From NCBI GenBank assembly GCA_031425695.1, contig JANPJV010000116.1, positions 120-64,119 on the forward strand: a stretch of 64,000 bases of DNA, read 5' to 3'. Positions 9,401 to 18,535 of this stretch are shown piece after piece; within the stretch, counting starts at the first letter, position 1, and each line of letters begins with the position of its first letter. The notes under the pieces were generated by a model that worked only from the letters and a program-made list of their open reading frames with translations, had not been told where the DNA came from and searched no databases. This DNA is from Rhodanobacteraceae bacterium (lineage in GTDB: Bacteria; Pseudomonadota; Gammaproteobacteria; Xanthomonadales; SZUA-5). Made by a program: the position numbers and the translations under genes.

Positions 9401-10739
9401 TCACGCTGACCACCGGCGAAGCAGCCGCTCCAGCGGCAAGGCCGCTGCAGCTGAAGCTCACCGTGCCGGCCGCATGGCTCCCGGTGCAGCCCCCGTTGGC
9501 TACCACGCTATCGAAGTTGACGCCCGCGGGGAGCACGAAGCTCGCCGCGAAAGCGCCGGCAGCAGCGGTTCCGATGTTGCTCAGACTAAGGGTGTATCCG
9601 TAAGGCGTACTAGCCACGCCAGTCGCCGGACCGGCAATGCTTGCCGTCAGGTCCGGTTGCGACTGGGCCGCAGTCGGTACTAAGGCGACGCCGCGGAAGG
9701 CTGTGTTCGTGGTCGCAGTCGCGAGCAGTGACGGCGTACCGGTTAACGCACCGTTGTAGCCCGAGAGGTCCGTGAGGCTCACCAATTCGCCACCGCCGGT
9801 CGTTCCGCTGCCGCCCTTGCGTGTAGCAAACAGGGTCACCGCCGAGCCGTTGACGGCTGCCGTCAGACCACGATAGTCATCCGCGTCAACCCCCGCGCTG
9901 CCGTTGGCAACCCAGCTCCCCGCGACCAGCGAAAACTTGCCGAGTGCAGGTGCGCCGTCGTCGGCGACGTACAGCGTGTCCATGCCCGCGACGCCGGCGT
10001 CCAAATCCAACAGCACGAAGGCATACGGACTGCCGGTCGAGGGCGAAATGCCCGGGAGACTGGTGATCGCCTGACCTGCGACGACCGGCAGCCCGGCACC
10101 CACTTGTCCGATCCGCAGCGCGCTCCCGGATCCGGTTGACACGTAGAGGTTCCCGCCGAAAATGGCAGGCTGGCGCAGATTCGTGACGGTGGTGCTGAGC
10201 TGCGTCGAGGTAGTCGCGCCCAGCGTCGTATACCGGATTCCGCCCGCGCCACCGGCCAACCACAATGCATTGCCATCGGAACTGGTCGCGCCGCGTGGGT
10301 TATTGCCATCGGCAAAGTCGGCGAGCGCCGTGCTCGTATCGACGGCACCCGCACCGTTGATCCGAACCACCAGCCGCGGTACCGCGGCCCCGGTTGTGCT
10401 GGACAAGCTGCCGGTGCCACCGAGGTCGCGCTTGTAGCAGGTGGCCAACAACGCCGACGCATCGCTGCTGCGGCTGAGGAGTCCTTCGCTGGTGGAGGTG
10501 CCACTGGCGAGGCAGGCATTGACGCTGGCAGACGTCGTCGTCGGTAAAGCGATCGACTGCACCAAGGTGCCGCTCGGCGAGTATTCGTCGATAAATACCG
10601 GGTTGCCCGTGTTCACCAGCGTTCCAGTGCCAGTGCCTACGCGATAAAGCGCCAGGTTTCCCGGAGTGAACGCCGCCGCCGTCGCCAGGCCTGGTAGCGC
10701 CAGGACCAGCCCGATGCACAAAAGTCGCTGTGAACGCAT
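6471..10739 (-). CDS. large secreted surface protein (1422 aa): N-terminal domain, CARDB/DUF11-like, DUF3616/phytase-like propeller, about five Calx-beta repeats, DUF11-like, GFE tail
   Basis: Signal peptide MRSQRLLCIGLVLALPGLATAAA. Repeated ..SV.EG......F.V.LS.A.....V.....DGTA..G.DY......L.F..G.......V.V.GD...E..E.F...L Calx-beta signatures. Ends ..DDLIHANGFE-stop. Confidence 0.9.
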   Translation of the reverse strand: MRSQRLLCIGLVLALPGLATAAAFTPGNLALYRVGTGTGTLVNTGNPVFIDEYSPSGTLVQSIALPTTTSASVNACLASGTSTSEGLLSRSSDASALLATCYKRDLGGTGSLSSTTGAAVPRLVVRINGAGAVDTSTALADFADGNNPRGATSSDGNALWLAGGAGGIRYTTLGATTSTQLSTTVTNLRQPAIFGGNLYVSTGSGSALRIGQVGAGLPVVAGQAITSLPGISPSTGSPYAFVLLDLDAGVAGMDTLYVADDGAPALGKFSLVAGSWVANGSAGVDADDYRGLTAAVNGSAVTLFATRKGGSGTTGGGELVSLTDLSGYNGALTGTPSLLATATTNTAFRGVALVPTAAQSQPDLTASIAGPATGVASTPYGYTLSLSNIGTAAAGAFAASFVLPAGVNFDSVVANGGCTGSHAAGTVSFSCSGLAAGAAASPVVSVIPQTAGNVVVAVGSVVADSAGAVTEANESNNSSTAAVTTSVTNGMAPTIQFDAAATTSFLQVPLDGPGAVSGVIGDSTDPARTLGLAFSLLDADTAAASLSVSVVSSNLSVVPAANLELSGSGAARNLKITPAAVGFSNLTVSVSDPQGNTDSYVINYAASDGSAAPATTRWHTGGADASTAVALDADTMLMAIDEDQRLRLVDRDQSGLPRAEFNVTSLLGLTDISGGNPREVDIESSVRVGNRIYFMGSHSNSAGGALRPNRYRLFAVDYTAPASLSYVGRYDGLRADLLNWDSGNVHGLGANFFGLTASTAAGVIPEEPNGAGFNIEGLAIAPNGTAYLAFRAPIVPATARTRGLIVPVTNLAALVSGNPSAGPAVFGAPIQLDLGGRGIRSLDCNASECLIIAGPAASGSFRLFTWNGDPATQPEERSATLSGLNPEGIVELPATLGASSQIQILSDLGDTVFYGDGVIAKDLPQENWRKFRSDLVVLGTTPTLSINDVSVTEGQSSSILSFTATLSAAVSNTVVVQFASSDGTATVADSDYQANAGTLSFPPGVTTRDIAIVVNGDLKLETNESMSVTLSAPGGATIADGSGQGTITNDDSATLAISDASVVEGNGAAVNASFIVTLSAAVQGGFTVGVTHANGTASAGSDFTGLAPGTQLVFVGNAGETRALDAVVLGDTVVEANETFVLTLSTPSNAQVTLADPQATGTINNDDSATISIGNQTAAEGDSGTTSFVFTVSLNGAVQDGFSVPYQSADGSAVAPGDYTAATGSLSFTGSAGQTRPIAIAVTGDTVAEATENFFVDLGTPSVAGVTTSTARGTGTIVNDDLQADIAVSNSDGRTSLLRGETTVYTVTVSNLSTVLDVPAVQISQTLPAALTNISWTCTASGGASCPATGNGAVATTLALPLGSSVSYLVSATVAADASGATINATVAAQVVSPFSDPNATNDSVTDSNALLDDLIHANGFE

Positions 10740-11161
10740 AACCACCCACCGATGAGAGCCAAGCGGCGGAACATACGTCGCGTCCATGACGGTGGCGTGG
10801 CAGGGGGCAGCCCTCATCGCGCGCAACAGCGAGCAGGTCAAAACAATGACCGGCCCTGTCTTTGCGATGCCTTCGGCGCATCTGTGTTTGAAGTGAGCCA
10901 CCATGAGCCGGCGCACTCATCCGCAGGTCACCTGGCAAGAGGAAACATGGAATTCAGTTGATCTACAGCGAGCCCGACTCGGCGTTCGCCAAGCGCAATA
11001 TCGGCCACGGCGTTCCGAGCATCAACCGGTACTCCACCAGATGCTCGGCCGCGTACAGTGTCAACTTAGGCGGAGAGTGAATTCCTATGGCCGCCGCCGT
11101 GGTCCGAGCGAGCAAGGCATCAGTGCCTTCCGACACGGTTGCAACGATATTCCACCTTGCT

Positions 11162-11186
11162 TACCATTCATGCAACTTGAATGGTT
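11162..11186. promoter_or_regulatory. perfect 9-bp inverted repeat (TACCATTCA-N7-TGAATGGTA), candidate operator
   Basis: AT-rich palindrome 8 nt upstream of the ATG at 11194 of the winged-helix regulator gene. Confidence 0.4.
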
Positions 11187-11193
11187 ACAGCTC

Positions 11194-11853
11194 ATGGGCC
11201 CTGCGCGCGACAACCACGACATCGCTGACCTACTGCCAATCGACCCGCTGCTTTTGCGCGTCCTTGCGGAGCCGGCGCGTTCTTTCATTGTGTATTCGCT
11301 GGTGCCGGAAGCGAAGACTGTGAAGATGCTGGCGGCGGAGCTCAAGTGTCCGCCGACGCGGCTCTATTACCACGTCCAGCAGCTGGAGAAACATGGACTG
11401 ATTCGAGTCGAGCGCGCCCGGCTCGTTTCCGGAATCCTGGAGAAGCACTACCGCTCCGTAGCCCGCGAGTTCCCGCTCGATCGCGCCGCCTATGGCGACA
11501 GCCCCAAGTCGGACGCACAGCGCAACGAAGCCCTGCTTGCCTTCGTCTTCGACCAGACCCGCCTTGAAATTTCGCGAGGCATGGCTGCCGCGACGATCGA
11601 CATGCGCAAACGCGCCCCGACGGTGGGGGCGCTGATGGCCTACCGAAATGTGCTGAAACTCGACGAAGACCAGGCCGCACGCCTCTATCGGCGCCTCCTC
11701 GACTTCTGGTCGGAGTACGACGCGATCGCCCGCGAACCGGCGCAAGACGGGCAGTTCTACGCCTTTTGCGTGGCGCTATACCCGAATGCCATCGCCGGCG
11801 CTGCCCCAGAAGCGCCTGTTCGCCAACCGAAATCACGGGGGAAACCGAAGTGA
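11194..11853 (+). CDS. ArsR-type winged-helix transcriptional regulator (start uncertain: 11170 or 11194)
   Basis: LLRVLAEPARSFIVYSL...KTVKMLAAELKCPPTRLYYHVQQLEKHGLIRV fits an HTH_20/ArsR-like fold. Confidence 0.7.
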   Translation: MGPARDNHDIADLLPIDPLLLRVLAEPARSFIVYSLVPEAKTVKMLAAELKCPPTRLYYHVQQLEKHGLIRVERARLVSGILEKHYRSVAREFPLDRAAYGDSPKSDAQRNEALLAFVFDQTRLEISRGMAAATIDMRKRAPTVGALMAYRNVLKLDEDQAARLYRRLLDFWSEYDAIAREPAQDGQFYAFCVALYPNAIAGAAPEAPVRQPKSRGKPK

Positions 11854-12173
11854 CGAAGACTGCCGGACGTCTTCCGGTCCGCCTGCTTCTGCTCGCCATC
11901 GCATTGGGTGTCGGCGGAGCTGTCCTCTTGAGTGGCGGCTACGCGCTCCCCGGCCTGCGCGAGCATTTCGATGCGCTCGAGGACTGGGATCTGCGGGCGC
12001 TGCTGGCGCTGCTGCCGCTGGCGTTGCTGGTCCACGCGGTTCATGAGCTCGGACGTTGCATCGCGACCGATACAGGATCGCGCCGGGACGGGCCGATCAA
12101 CCCAAGGCCGGGGCAGCACACCGCGATCGCGCGAAGCAACGCACGACAATGCAAGCTGAAAGAAACCGCATGA
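11850..12173 (+). CDS. possible small membrane protein
   Basis: GTG overlaps the regulator stop (GTGA). Two hydrophobic segments (LLLLAIALGVGGAVLL, LLALLPLALLV). No homology recognised. Confidence 0.3.
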   Translation: MTKTAGRLPVRLLLLAIALGVGGAVLLSGGYALPGLREHFDALEDWDLRALLALLPLALLVHAVHELGRCIATDTGSRRDGPINPRPGQHTAIARSNARQCKLKETA

Positions 12174-12204
12174 CCCAGGAAATCGTTATCCAGGAGATGA
12201 CCAA

Positions 12205-12462
12205 ATGGAACTGTGGCTAGGGCTGGTGTTGGCAATCGTCGTGGTCGGCGCAGCGATAGGGCTGGCGCTGCGGCAGCAACGCAGCCGCCAGCGCAGCGAG
12301 ATCGAATTCCCCGATGACATCCCCGAGCTGGCGAGCTCACGCTCGCCAGCCCCGGTCAAGAGTGGGAAGGTCCTGCAGGACGACCGGGGCGAAGGTGATG
12401 CCGGCGACGGAGGGGACGCGAGCGCTGGTGGCGATGGCGGCGGTGGCGGTGGCGGTGATTGA
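12205..12462 (+). CDS. possible single-pass membrane protein with an acidic Gly-rich tail
   Basis: AGGAG about 10 nt upstream. N-terminal TM MELWLGLVLAIVVVGAAIGLAL. Ends GGDGGGGGGGD. Low-complexity tail, so weak support. Confidence 0.3.
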   Translation: MELWLGLVLAIVVVGAAIGLALRQQRSRQRSEIEFPDDIPELASSRSPAPVKSGKVLQDDRGEGDAGDGGDASAGGDGGGGGGGD

Positions 12463-12590
12463 CGGCCAAGGTGCTTGGCGCGAACAGCCAGCACACTTTT
12501 CGAATATGGACCGAAAGGAAGCTTTGCGTGACGCGCGGGGTAGCATTCGCCGCGCGCGGATGACAGCGCACCAGACCATTGGAGATGAGA

Positions 12591-14315
12591 ATGAGTTGGA
12601 GCCCCATGTTGCCGAAGCTGGCCGCCCTGTTGAGTTTTGCCGTGGGGGGCTCGCCGGCCGCCGCAGGCGTGTCCAACGATAGCTGGGCGCAACGAGTCAA
12701 CATTCCGATTGCCGGTCTTGCGAGTGGTTTCAACTTTTCACAGAGTGATATCGGCGGTGCCACGACGGACCCCGGCGATCCCCTGCTCGTGTGCAAGAAC
12801 GGCGATCCGGCACAGCGCGGCAATACCGTCTGGTTTTCAATCGATCTCACCGCGGAGAGCCAGCCCGTCTGGGTCAACACCAGCGCGATCGGTTACGACA
12901 GCGTGGTCGCCATTTTCACCGGGGCGCCGGGATCGTTTGCGCCGGTAGCCGGGGGCTGCAACGACGATGGCGGAGCGGGCTTCTCGGCAGCGTTGAATGG
13001 CTTTCGACTCACCCCTGGAAGCGCCTACTCGATCATGGTTGCGCGCCCGGCGCAGAGCACGAACGCCGCCACGCTGAGCTTTGCGATGCGCTCGGCGCCG
13101 CTCTATGTGGTCAGCAAGACCACTGACACGCTGGATGGTAGCTGCGACGCCGACTGTTCACTGCGCGAGGCGATCAGCGCAAGTAATGCGGCGCCGGGCG
13201 CGGTGCTGCTGCCGGCAGGTGAGTTCATCCTGAGCCGCACGGGTGCCGGTAATGAAAACTTGAACGCCAGTGGTGATCTCGACGCCACGGCCGGTTTTGG
13301 CCTGTACGGCGCTGGCTTCACCACTCGTGTGCGGGCAGTGAGCGGCGAGCGCGTGCTCGATCTCGAGCCGGCCAATCCCACCAATATCGGCAGCACCTTC
13401 AACGTGATGGACGTGGCGATCAGCAATGGCGGCGGCATCGGTCCCGGCGCCGGGATCAACGCCAATAACGGCAATGACCACCTGGCCTTGCGGCGCGTGC
13501 TGCTGGAAGACAACGTGTCCACGCTGCTGCCCGGCGGCGGCGCCAACAGCCGCGGCCCTACCGTGATCGAGGGGAGCGTCGTGCGCAACAATTCCTCTGC
13601 CGGCAATGGTGGGGGACTCGCGCTCGCTGGCGACAGCGTGCTCATCCGCGTCGATGTCGTAGGTAGCACCATCAGTGGCAATCAGTCGCTGTCGACGAGC
13701 TCCGGCGGCGGTGGTGGCATCTATGGCTCGACCAATCTCGTGGTCTACAACTCCACCCTCTCGGGCAACCGCGCGCGCTTCAACGGCGGCGGATTGCTGT
13801 CCACCACCTTCAACGGACGCCTGACCCTGCTCAACGTGACCGCCGCCAACAACCAGGCCGACAGCGATTCCAATGGCAGCGGCGTCGGTGGCGGGATCCG
13901 GGTCGAAGGCAATGCTGCCAGCACGTACAACTCGGTGTTCAGCGTGAACAGCGCGGGCGCCGGCGCGGACGACTGCAGCAAAGTGCCAGCCGTCAACATC
14001 ACGCCCGCAATCGCGAATCACGCCGACGTCGTCACCGCGGGCAGCGATTGCAGTTTCGGCGCCGGCAACACGGCGGGCGTTCCGGCGCTGCTCGGGCCGC
14101 TTGCCGATCACGGCGGAACTGGCCAGACACACCGCCCGCTGGCGGGCGCGCCAGTGATCGACAGCGGCAGCAATGCCGACTGCCTGGCGGTCGATCAACG
14201 CGGCATCGCGAGGCCCCAGGACGGCGATTCAAATGGGTCGCTGGTGTGTGACAAGGGCGCGGTCGAAATCAATGCCAACGAGGGCGACCTGCTTTTCCGC
14301 AACGGCTTCGAGTGA
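12591..14315 (+). CDS. secreted right-handed parallel beta-helix protein (choice-of-anchor-Q-like) with PPC-like N-domain and GFE tail
   Basis: Signal peptide. C..DCSLREAISASNAAPG motif. Repeated N..GGG(I/L) beta-helix rungs. VDQRGIARPQDGDSNGSLVCDKGAVE, then ..LLFRNGFE-stop. Confidence 0.85.
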   Translation: MSWSPMLPKLAALLSFAVGGSPAAAGVSNDSWAQRVNIPIAGLASGFNFSQSDIGGATTDPGDPLLVCKNGDPAQRGNTVWFSIDLTAESQPVWVNTSAIGYDSVVAIFTGAPGSFAPVAGGCNDDGGAGFSAALNGFRLTPGSAYSIMVARPAQSTNAATLSFAMRSAPLYVVSKTTDTLDGSCDADCSLREAISASNAAPGAVLLPAGEFILSRTGAGNENLNASGDLDATAGFGLYGAGFTTRVRAVSGERVLDLEPANPTNIGSTFNVMDVAISNGGGIGPGAGINANNGNDHLALRRVLLEDNVSTLLPGGGANSRGPTVIEGSVVRNNSSAGNGGGLALAGDSVLIRVDVVGSTISGNQSLSTSSGGGGGIYGSTNLVVYNSTLSGNRARFNGGGLLSTTFNGRLTLLNVTAANNQADSDSNGSGVGGGIRVEGNAASTYNSVFSVNSAGAGADDCSKVPAVNITPAIANHADVVTAGSDCSFGAGNTAGVPALLGPLADHGGTGQTHRPLAGAPVIDSGSNADCLAVDQRGIARPQDGDSNGSLVCDKGAVEINANEGDLLFRNGFE

Positions 14316-14385
14316 TCTCCACGGCGCCATCAGCTCGCGATGGCACCGCCTCCCGATTCCGTTGGCCGGCAAGCGAGCGCGGTTT

Positions 14386-14465
14386 GTAGCCTGGGTAAGC
14401 GCAGCGCACCCGGGACGCCGATTGCGAATCCATCCCCGGGTGCGCCTTTGGCTTACCCGGGCTAC
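14386..14465. repeat. REP-like inverted-repeat element, family 1
   Basis: gtagcctgggtaagcgcagcgcacccggg ... ccccgggtgcgcctttggcttacccgggctac. Confidence 0.65.
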
Positions 14466-14523
14466 AAAGCCGTCTCTCGCCGACCTATTGTCCCGGTCAC
14501 TGTTTGTCTCCCGGGAAATTTCC

Positions 14524-14931
14524 ATGTCCGACACCGCCCGCGCCCTGATCCAGCGCTATTACGATGCGTTCAATGTCCAGGACGTCTCCAGCTTTCTCGA
14601 ACTGCTGACCGACGATGTCGTGCACGACATCAACCAGGGTGGGCGGGAGATTGGGCGCGACGCGTTTGCCGGCTTCATGGCGCGCATGAATCGCTGCTAT
14701 CGCGAGACGATCGTCGACCTGGTTGTGCTGACCGAGCCCGCAGGTCGTCGCGCGGCGGCCGAGTTTGTCGTGCTCGGCGAGTACCTCGAAGCTGACACCG
14801 GCCTGCCGCCGGCCAGGGGTCAGCGCTATCGGCTTCCTGCCGGCGCTTTCTTCGAGATCCGCGACGGTCGGGTCGCCCGGGTCAGCAACTACTACGACCT
14901 GAACGACTGGCTGAGCCAGGTCGGCGGGTGA
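14524..14931 (+). CDS. SnoaL-like / ketosteroid-isomerase-related NTF2-fold protein
   Basis: ALIQRYYDAFN..D...F.ELLTDDVVHD....G ... F.EIRDGR(V/I)ARVSNYY.L.DW is a typical NTF2-like pattern. Confidence 0.8.
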   Translation: MSDTARALIQRYYDAFNVQDVSSFLELLTDDVVHDINQGGREIGRDAFAGFMARMNRCYRETIVDLVVLTEPAGRRAAAEFVVLGEYLEADTGLPPARGQRYRLPAGAFFEIRDGRVARVSNYYDLNDWLSQVGG

Positions 14932-15521
14932 GCGAACTGAAGTTCAGTGCCGCTCGCGGGAATGCGATCGCGGCGTTGGTGCCCGAGATTGCCGCGCTGC
15001 GCATCGAAGTGTTCCGGGCGTTTCCGTATCTGTACGACGGCAGCCTCGCGTACGAGCAGCGCTATCTGCGCACCTATGTCGAGGCACCTGAGAGCCTGTT
15101 CGTACTCGTGCGGGATGCCGGCGCCCTGGTCGGTGCGTCCAGTGCACTGCCGCTCGCCGCCGAGACGACAGAGCTGCGAGCACCCTTCGAGCGTGCTGGG
15201 ATCGAGGTCGGGCGAGTGTTCTATTGCGGGGAGTCGGTGCTGTTGCCGGCGTATCGCGGTCGCGGCCTTGGCCATCTTTTTTTCGATGCGCGCGAGGAAC
15301 ATGCGCGGGCGCTCAATCGTTTCGACATGATGAGCTTCTGTGCCGTCGAGCGGCCGTTCGATCACCCGCGGCGCCCAGCGGATCATCGACCGCTCGATGC
15401 CTTCTGGCGCGCGCGCGGCTATCGGCCGCAGCCCGGTCTCACGACCACCATCTGCTGGCAGGATCTCGACGAGCCCAGCGAGAGCCCAAAGACCATGCAG
15501 TTCTGGACGCGCGCCCTGTGA
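14928..15521 (+). CDS. GNAT-family acetyltransferase
   Basis: GTG overlaps the previous stop (GTGA). YRGRGLGHLFF acetyl-CoA-binding motif. Confidence 0.8.
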   Translation: MSELKFSAARGNAIAALVPEIAALRIEVFRAFPYLYDGSLAYEQRYLRTYVEAPESLFVLVRDAGALVGASSALPLAAETTELRAPFERAGIEVGRVFYCGESVLLPAYRGRGLGHLFFDAREEHARALNRFDMMSFCAVERPFDHPRRPADHRPLDAFWRARGYRPQPGLTTTICWQDLDEPSESPKTMQFWTRAL

Positions 15522-16411
15522 TCGACCGCCTGCACGTCGCGGCCGCGCAGTATCCGATCCGCGCCTACGCGAGCTGGGACGATTACGCGGAGTCGCTGGG
15601 TGCCTTTGTCGCCAAGGGTGTCGCCACCGGCGCGGGGCTGCTCGTGTTGCCCGAATACGCGAGCATGGTACTGACCTCCGTGATAGCCGCGCCGCGCGCG
15701 CTGAGTGCGCAGCTCGCGGCCATGCAGCCGCTGCTCCCCGCCTACGCGTCGCTGCACGCAGAACTCGCGCGCAGGCACGGGATCCATTTGCTCGCCGGCA
15801 GCATCCCGACGCTGCGCGAGGACGGCCGGTACGTGAACCGCGCCTGGTTGTTCACGCCTGCGGGAGCAGCCGGATTCCAGGACAAGCTCATCATGACGCG
15901 ATTCGAAAACGAGTCGTGGGGCATCGCATCGGGGGACTCGCTGCGCGTCTTCGCCACCGAGCTCGGGACGCTCGCCGTATCGATCTGCTACGACTGCGAG
16001 TTCCCATTGCTTGCCCGCGCGCAAGCCGAAGCGGGAGCGGAGCTGCTGCTGGTGCCGAGCTGCACCGACACCGTCGCCGGCTTCCACCGCGTCCGCTACG
16101 GCAGCCAGGCCCGCGCGCTCGAAAACCAGATCCACGTGGTCCAGGCGGTCACGGTCGGCGATGCGCCGTGGTCGGATACGCTCGACGTGAACATCGGTGC
16201 CGCAGCCGTCTACACGCCTGTGGACCGCGGATTCCCTGCCGACGGCATCGCCGTCATGGGGACTCGCGAGCAACCGGGCTGGGTGGACGCGACGATCGAT
16301 CTCAAGTTGGCGCGAGGGCTGCGACGGGACGGGCAAGTGTTGAACTATCGCGATTGGTTGCGACAGGGCGCGTACACGGCAACGCGGGCTCAACAAGTGG
16401 ACTTGCGGTGA
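15518..16411 (+). CDS. carbon-nitrogen hydrolase (nitrilase superfamily)
   Basis: GTG overlaps the previous stop. LVLPEY (catalytic Glu region) and SICYDCEFP (catalytic Cys) motifs. Confidence 0.85.
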   Translation: MIDRLHVAAAQYPIRAYASWDDYAESLGAFVAKGVATGAGLLVLPEYASMVLTSVIAAPRALSAQLAAMQPLLPAYASLHAELARRHGIHLLAGSIPTLREDGRYVNRAWLFTPAGAAGFQDKLIMTRFENESWGIASGDSLRVFATELGTLAVSICYDCEFPLLARAQAEAGAELLLVPSCTDTVAGFHRVRYGSQARALENQIHVVQAVTVGDAPWSDTLDVNIGAAAVYTPVDRGFPADGIAVMGTREQPGWVDATIDLKLARGLRRDGQVLNYRDWLRQGAYTATRAQQVDLR

Positions 16412-16415
16412 GCGT

Positions 16416-16445
16416 CCCCGGGTGCACTGCCCTTACCCGGGCTAC
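16416..16445. repeat. half REP element, family 1 (right arm only)
   Basis: ccccgggtgcactgcccttacccgggctac. Confidence 0.45.
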
Positions 16446-16463
16446 GGAGACGCGCAACCCCAA

Positions 16464-17837
16464 CTACTCGAAGCCATCTTCGAAAAGCCCGGCAGCCCTT
16501 TCATAGGCACCGATATCGCAGCGCGCATCGCCGTCGCCATTGCCGTCGATGGGGCGTGGCATTCCACGCTGGTCGATGGTCGCGCAGTGCGCAGCCTGGG
16601 CGGCATCGATCGCCGGGCTCCCGACATCGAGCGCATGCGTACGTGTGTAGCCGCCGTTGTCGAGAAGCGCTTCGACGCCGGGGCTCGCCACGATGAGGTC
16701 GCCCGGCCCGGCGCTCATGCGGCACGCGTTTCCGGGCGCGCGCAGGGTGCCGCCCGCGGAGACGATGACGTTCGAGAAGACCACGTGGCACTCATTGCCG
16801 GAGGGCTGGGTGTTGCCGGCGGCGATGCTGTTGACCAGCGTGATCGCGCTGAAATTCGCCGACGATGGGCCGCGCACGTCGGCGATGGCACCGCCACCGT
16901 TGGGGCTGCTCGAGTGATTCGCGGTGATCGTGCAATGCTCGCAGCGCAACTGGTGGCCACCGTCGCCGAAGATGCCCCCACCCTGGTTCCCGCTGATGGT
17001 GACGTTCTGCAGAAGCCAGTGGGCGTTGCCAGTATTGAGGGCGATGCTCCCGCCATCGTTGCCGGCGTCGTTGCCGGCGATCAGGCAGCGACGGATGGTA
17101 ATGCTTGGGTTGGTGCCGTCGCCATAGATCCCCGCGCCGGCGCCCGCGCGATTTTCGGTGAGCTCGCACTCTTCGAGCTCGAAGAGGGTAGCGGTGTTGC
17201 CAATATAGAGCGCGCCGCCCACGCCGAAGGACGGGTTGGCGAGATTCGCATGCATGCGCAGCCGGGTGGCAGAGAGGCTGCCAAAGACGGAGACGCCTGC
17301 CCCGTCGCGATTGGAACCGTTGTCGTGGATGCGCACATCGTCGAGCTCGATGCCGCCGCCTGCGCGCACCAGCAGCCCTCCACCCGTTCGCTCGACCATG
17401 TCGGGGGGATTCAAGAGTGCCTGCCAGCCGCCGGTCACGCTCAGCGTGCGCAGCCGCAGTAAGCCGCCGGAGCGGACGTCGAACACGCGATCAAGGCTAT
17501 CGGCGTCGATGCTCGTTGCTGCGGTGGATGCGCCGGCCATGTCGATTTCGGAGGTGACGTCGAGATCGCCGCTTGCTGCAAGGTTCTCGAGGCTGCCAGC
17601 GCGCGTCAGGAGGTGGATGCCCGGCCCGAGCTCGATCGCATCGGGGCCAGCAGATGCGTTCGCCTCCTGGATCGCCGCACGCAGCGTGCAGGCCGCACTC
17701 TCATCTGCGCAGACGCCGTCGCCCGGAACGACATCGAGCGTGTCGGCCAGGCTGACGACCGCGAATTTCGCGGCGGCCACCGGGCCGGCGAGGCAAAGAA
17801 TCAATAGCGCGATCGGTGAGCTTGCTTTGAGCGTCAT
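16464..17837 (-). CDS. secreted right-handed parallel beta-helix protein (choice-of-anchor-Q-like) with GFE tail
   Basis: Signal peptide MTLKASSPIALLILCLAGPVAAA. C..ACTLRAAIQEANASAGPD motif and beta-helix rungs. IDQRGMPRPIDGNGDGDARCDIGAYE, then ..GLFEDGFE-stop. Confidence 0.85.
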   Translation of the reverse strand: MTLKASSPIALLILCLAGPVAAAKFAVVSLADTLDVVPGDGVCADESAACTLRAAIQEANASAGPDAIELGPGIHLLTRAGSLENLAASGDLDVTSEIDMAGASTAATSIDADSLDRVFDVRSGGLLRLRTLSVTGGWQALLNPPDMVERTGGGLLVRAGGGIELDDVRIHDNGSNRDGAGVSVFGSLSATRLRMHANLANPSFGVGGALYIGNTATLFELEECELTENRAGAGAGIYGDGTNPSITIRRCLIAGNDAGNDGGSIALNTGNAHWLLQNVTISGNQGGGIFGDGGHQLRCEHCTITANHSSSPNGGGAIADVRGPSSANFSAITLVNSIAAGNTQPSGNECHVVFSNVIVSAGGTLRAPGNACRMSAGPGDLIVASPGVEALLDNGGYTRTHALDVGSPAIDAAQAAHCATIDQRGMPRPIDGNGDGDARCDIGAYERAAGLFEDGFE

Positions 17838-18034
17838 CCCAAGCCCCGGCCGCGGAAAATGTCGAGTATGGAGGACGCCCGACGCTGGCGAATCCGACTT
17901 TTGTCAGCTCACCCTGGGCTTGCTCCATCGGCCAGGTCGCACTGGCGATGGTACGCGCGCATCATGCCGGGCGATGGAAGGCTCGCGCTCGTGGGCGCGG
18001 CGATGGCCGCGCTACCTTCGCACTCGCACCGCTT

Positions 18035-18493
18035 TTAATCCCGCGCCAGGGCCCGCTTCCGCGCGGCTGATCCCGGCAGGCTCGTGCGCGGGTCGAGCAG
18101 CCAGCGGGTAGCGCCGTCGAGTTCGGTGAAATAGTGGACGTCGGCGCCGTGCTGTTCGGCGACGTGCGCGGCAAAGTCCTCGAGCGGCTCGATCGGCCGG
18201 CCGGGAATGACGATGGCGGTCCGCACATCAGTGAGTGCGCGCCCGAGCGACTCGCCGAGCTTGTACGCCTCGAATCCCCCGCTCAGGTGAACTTCCGGCA
18301 CTTCGCAGACCACCAGCAGCCGGGTCGACCCCGTCTCCCGGACCACTGGCGCAATCAACGTGACCAGGTCGGTCTTGCCCATGACTTCCAAGGTCTCGGG
18401 ATGCACCACGAGCTCTAGATAGCCATCACGTTCGCTGACGTCGAGCTTGTGACTGGCGGAACGCTGGGGATTGGCGGGCATGCGAACCACCAT
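18035..18493 (-). CDS. hypothetical protein
   Basis: Intact ORF with coding-like composition. No motif recognised. Confidence 0.5.
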   Translation of the reverse strand: MVVRMPANPQRSASHKLDVSERDGYLELVVHPETLEVMGKTDLVTLIAPVVRETGSTRLLVVCEVPEVHLSGGFEAYKLGESLGRALTDVRTAIVIPGRPIEPLEDFAAHVAEQHGADVHYFTELDGATRWLLDPRTSLPGSAARKRALARD

Positions 18494-18535
18494 GCTGGAG
18501 AAGGAGCGCGGATCCGGAGCTTACCCCTTCGTCGA

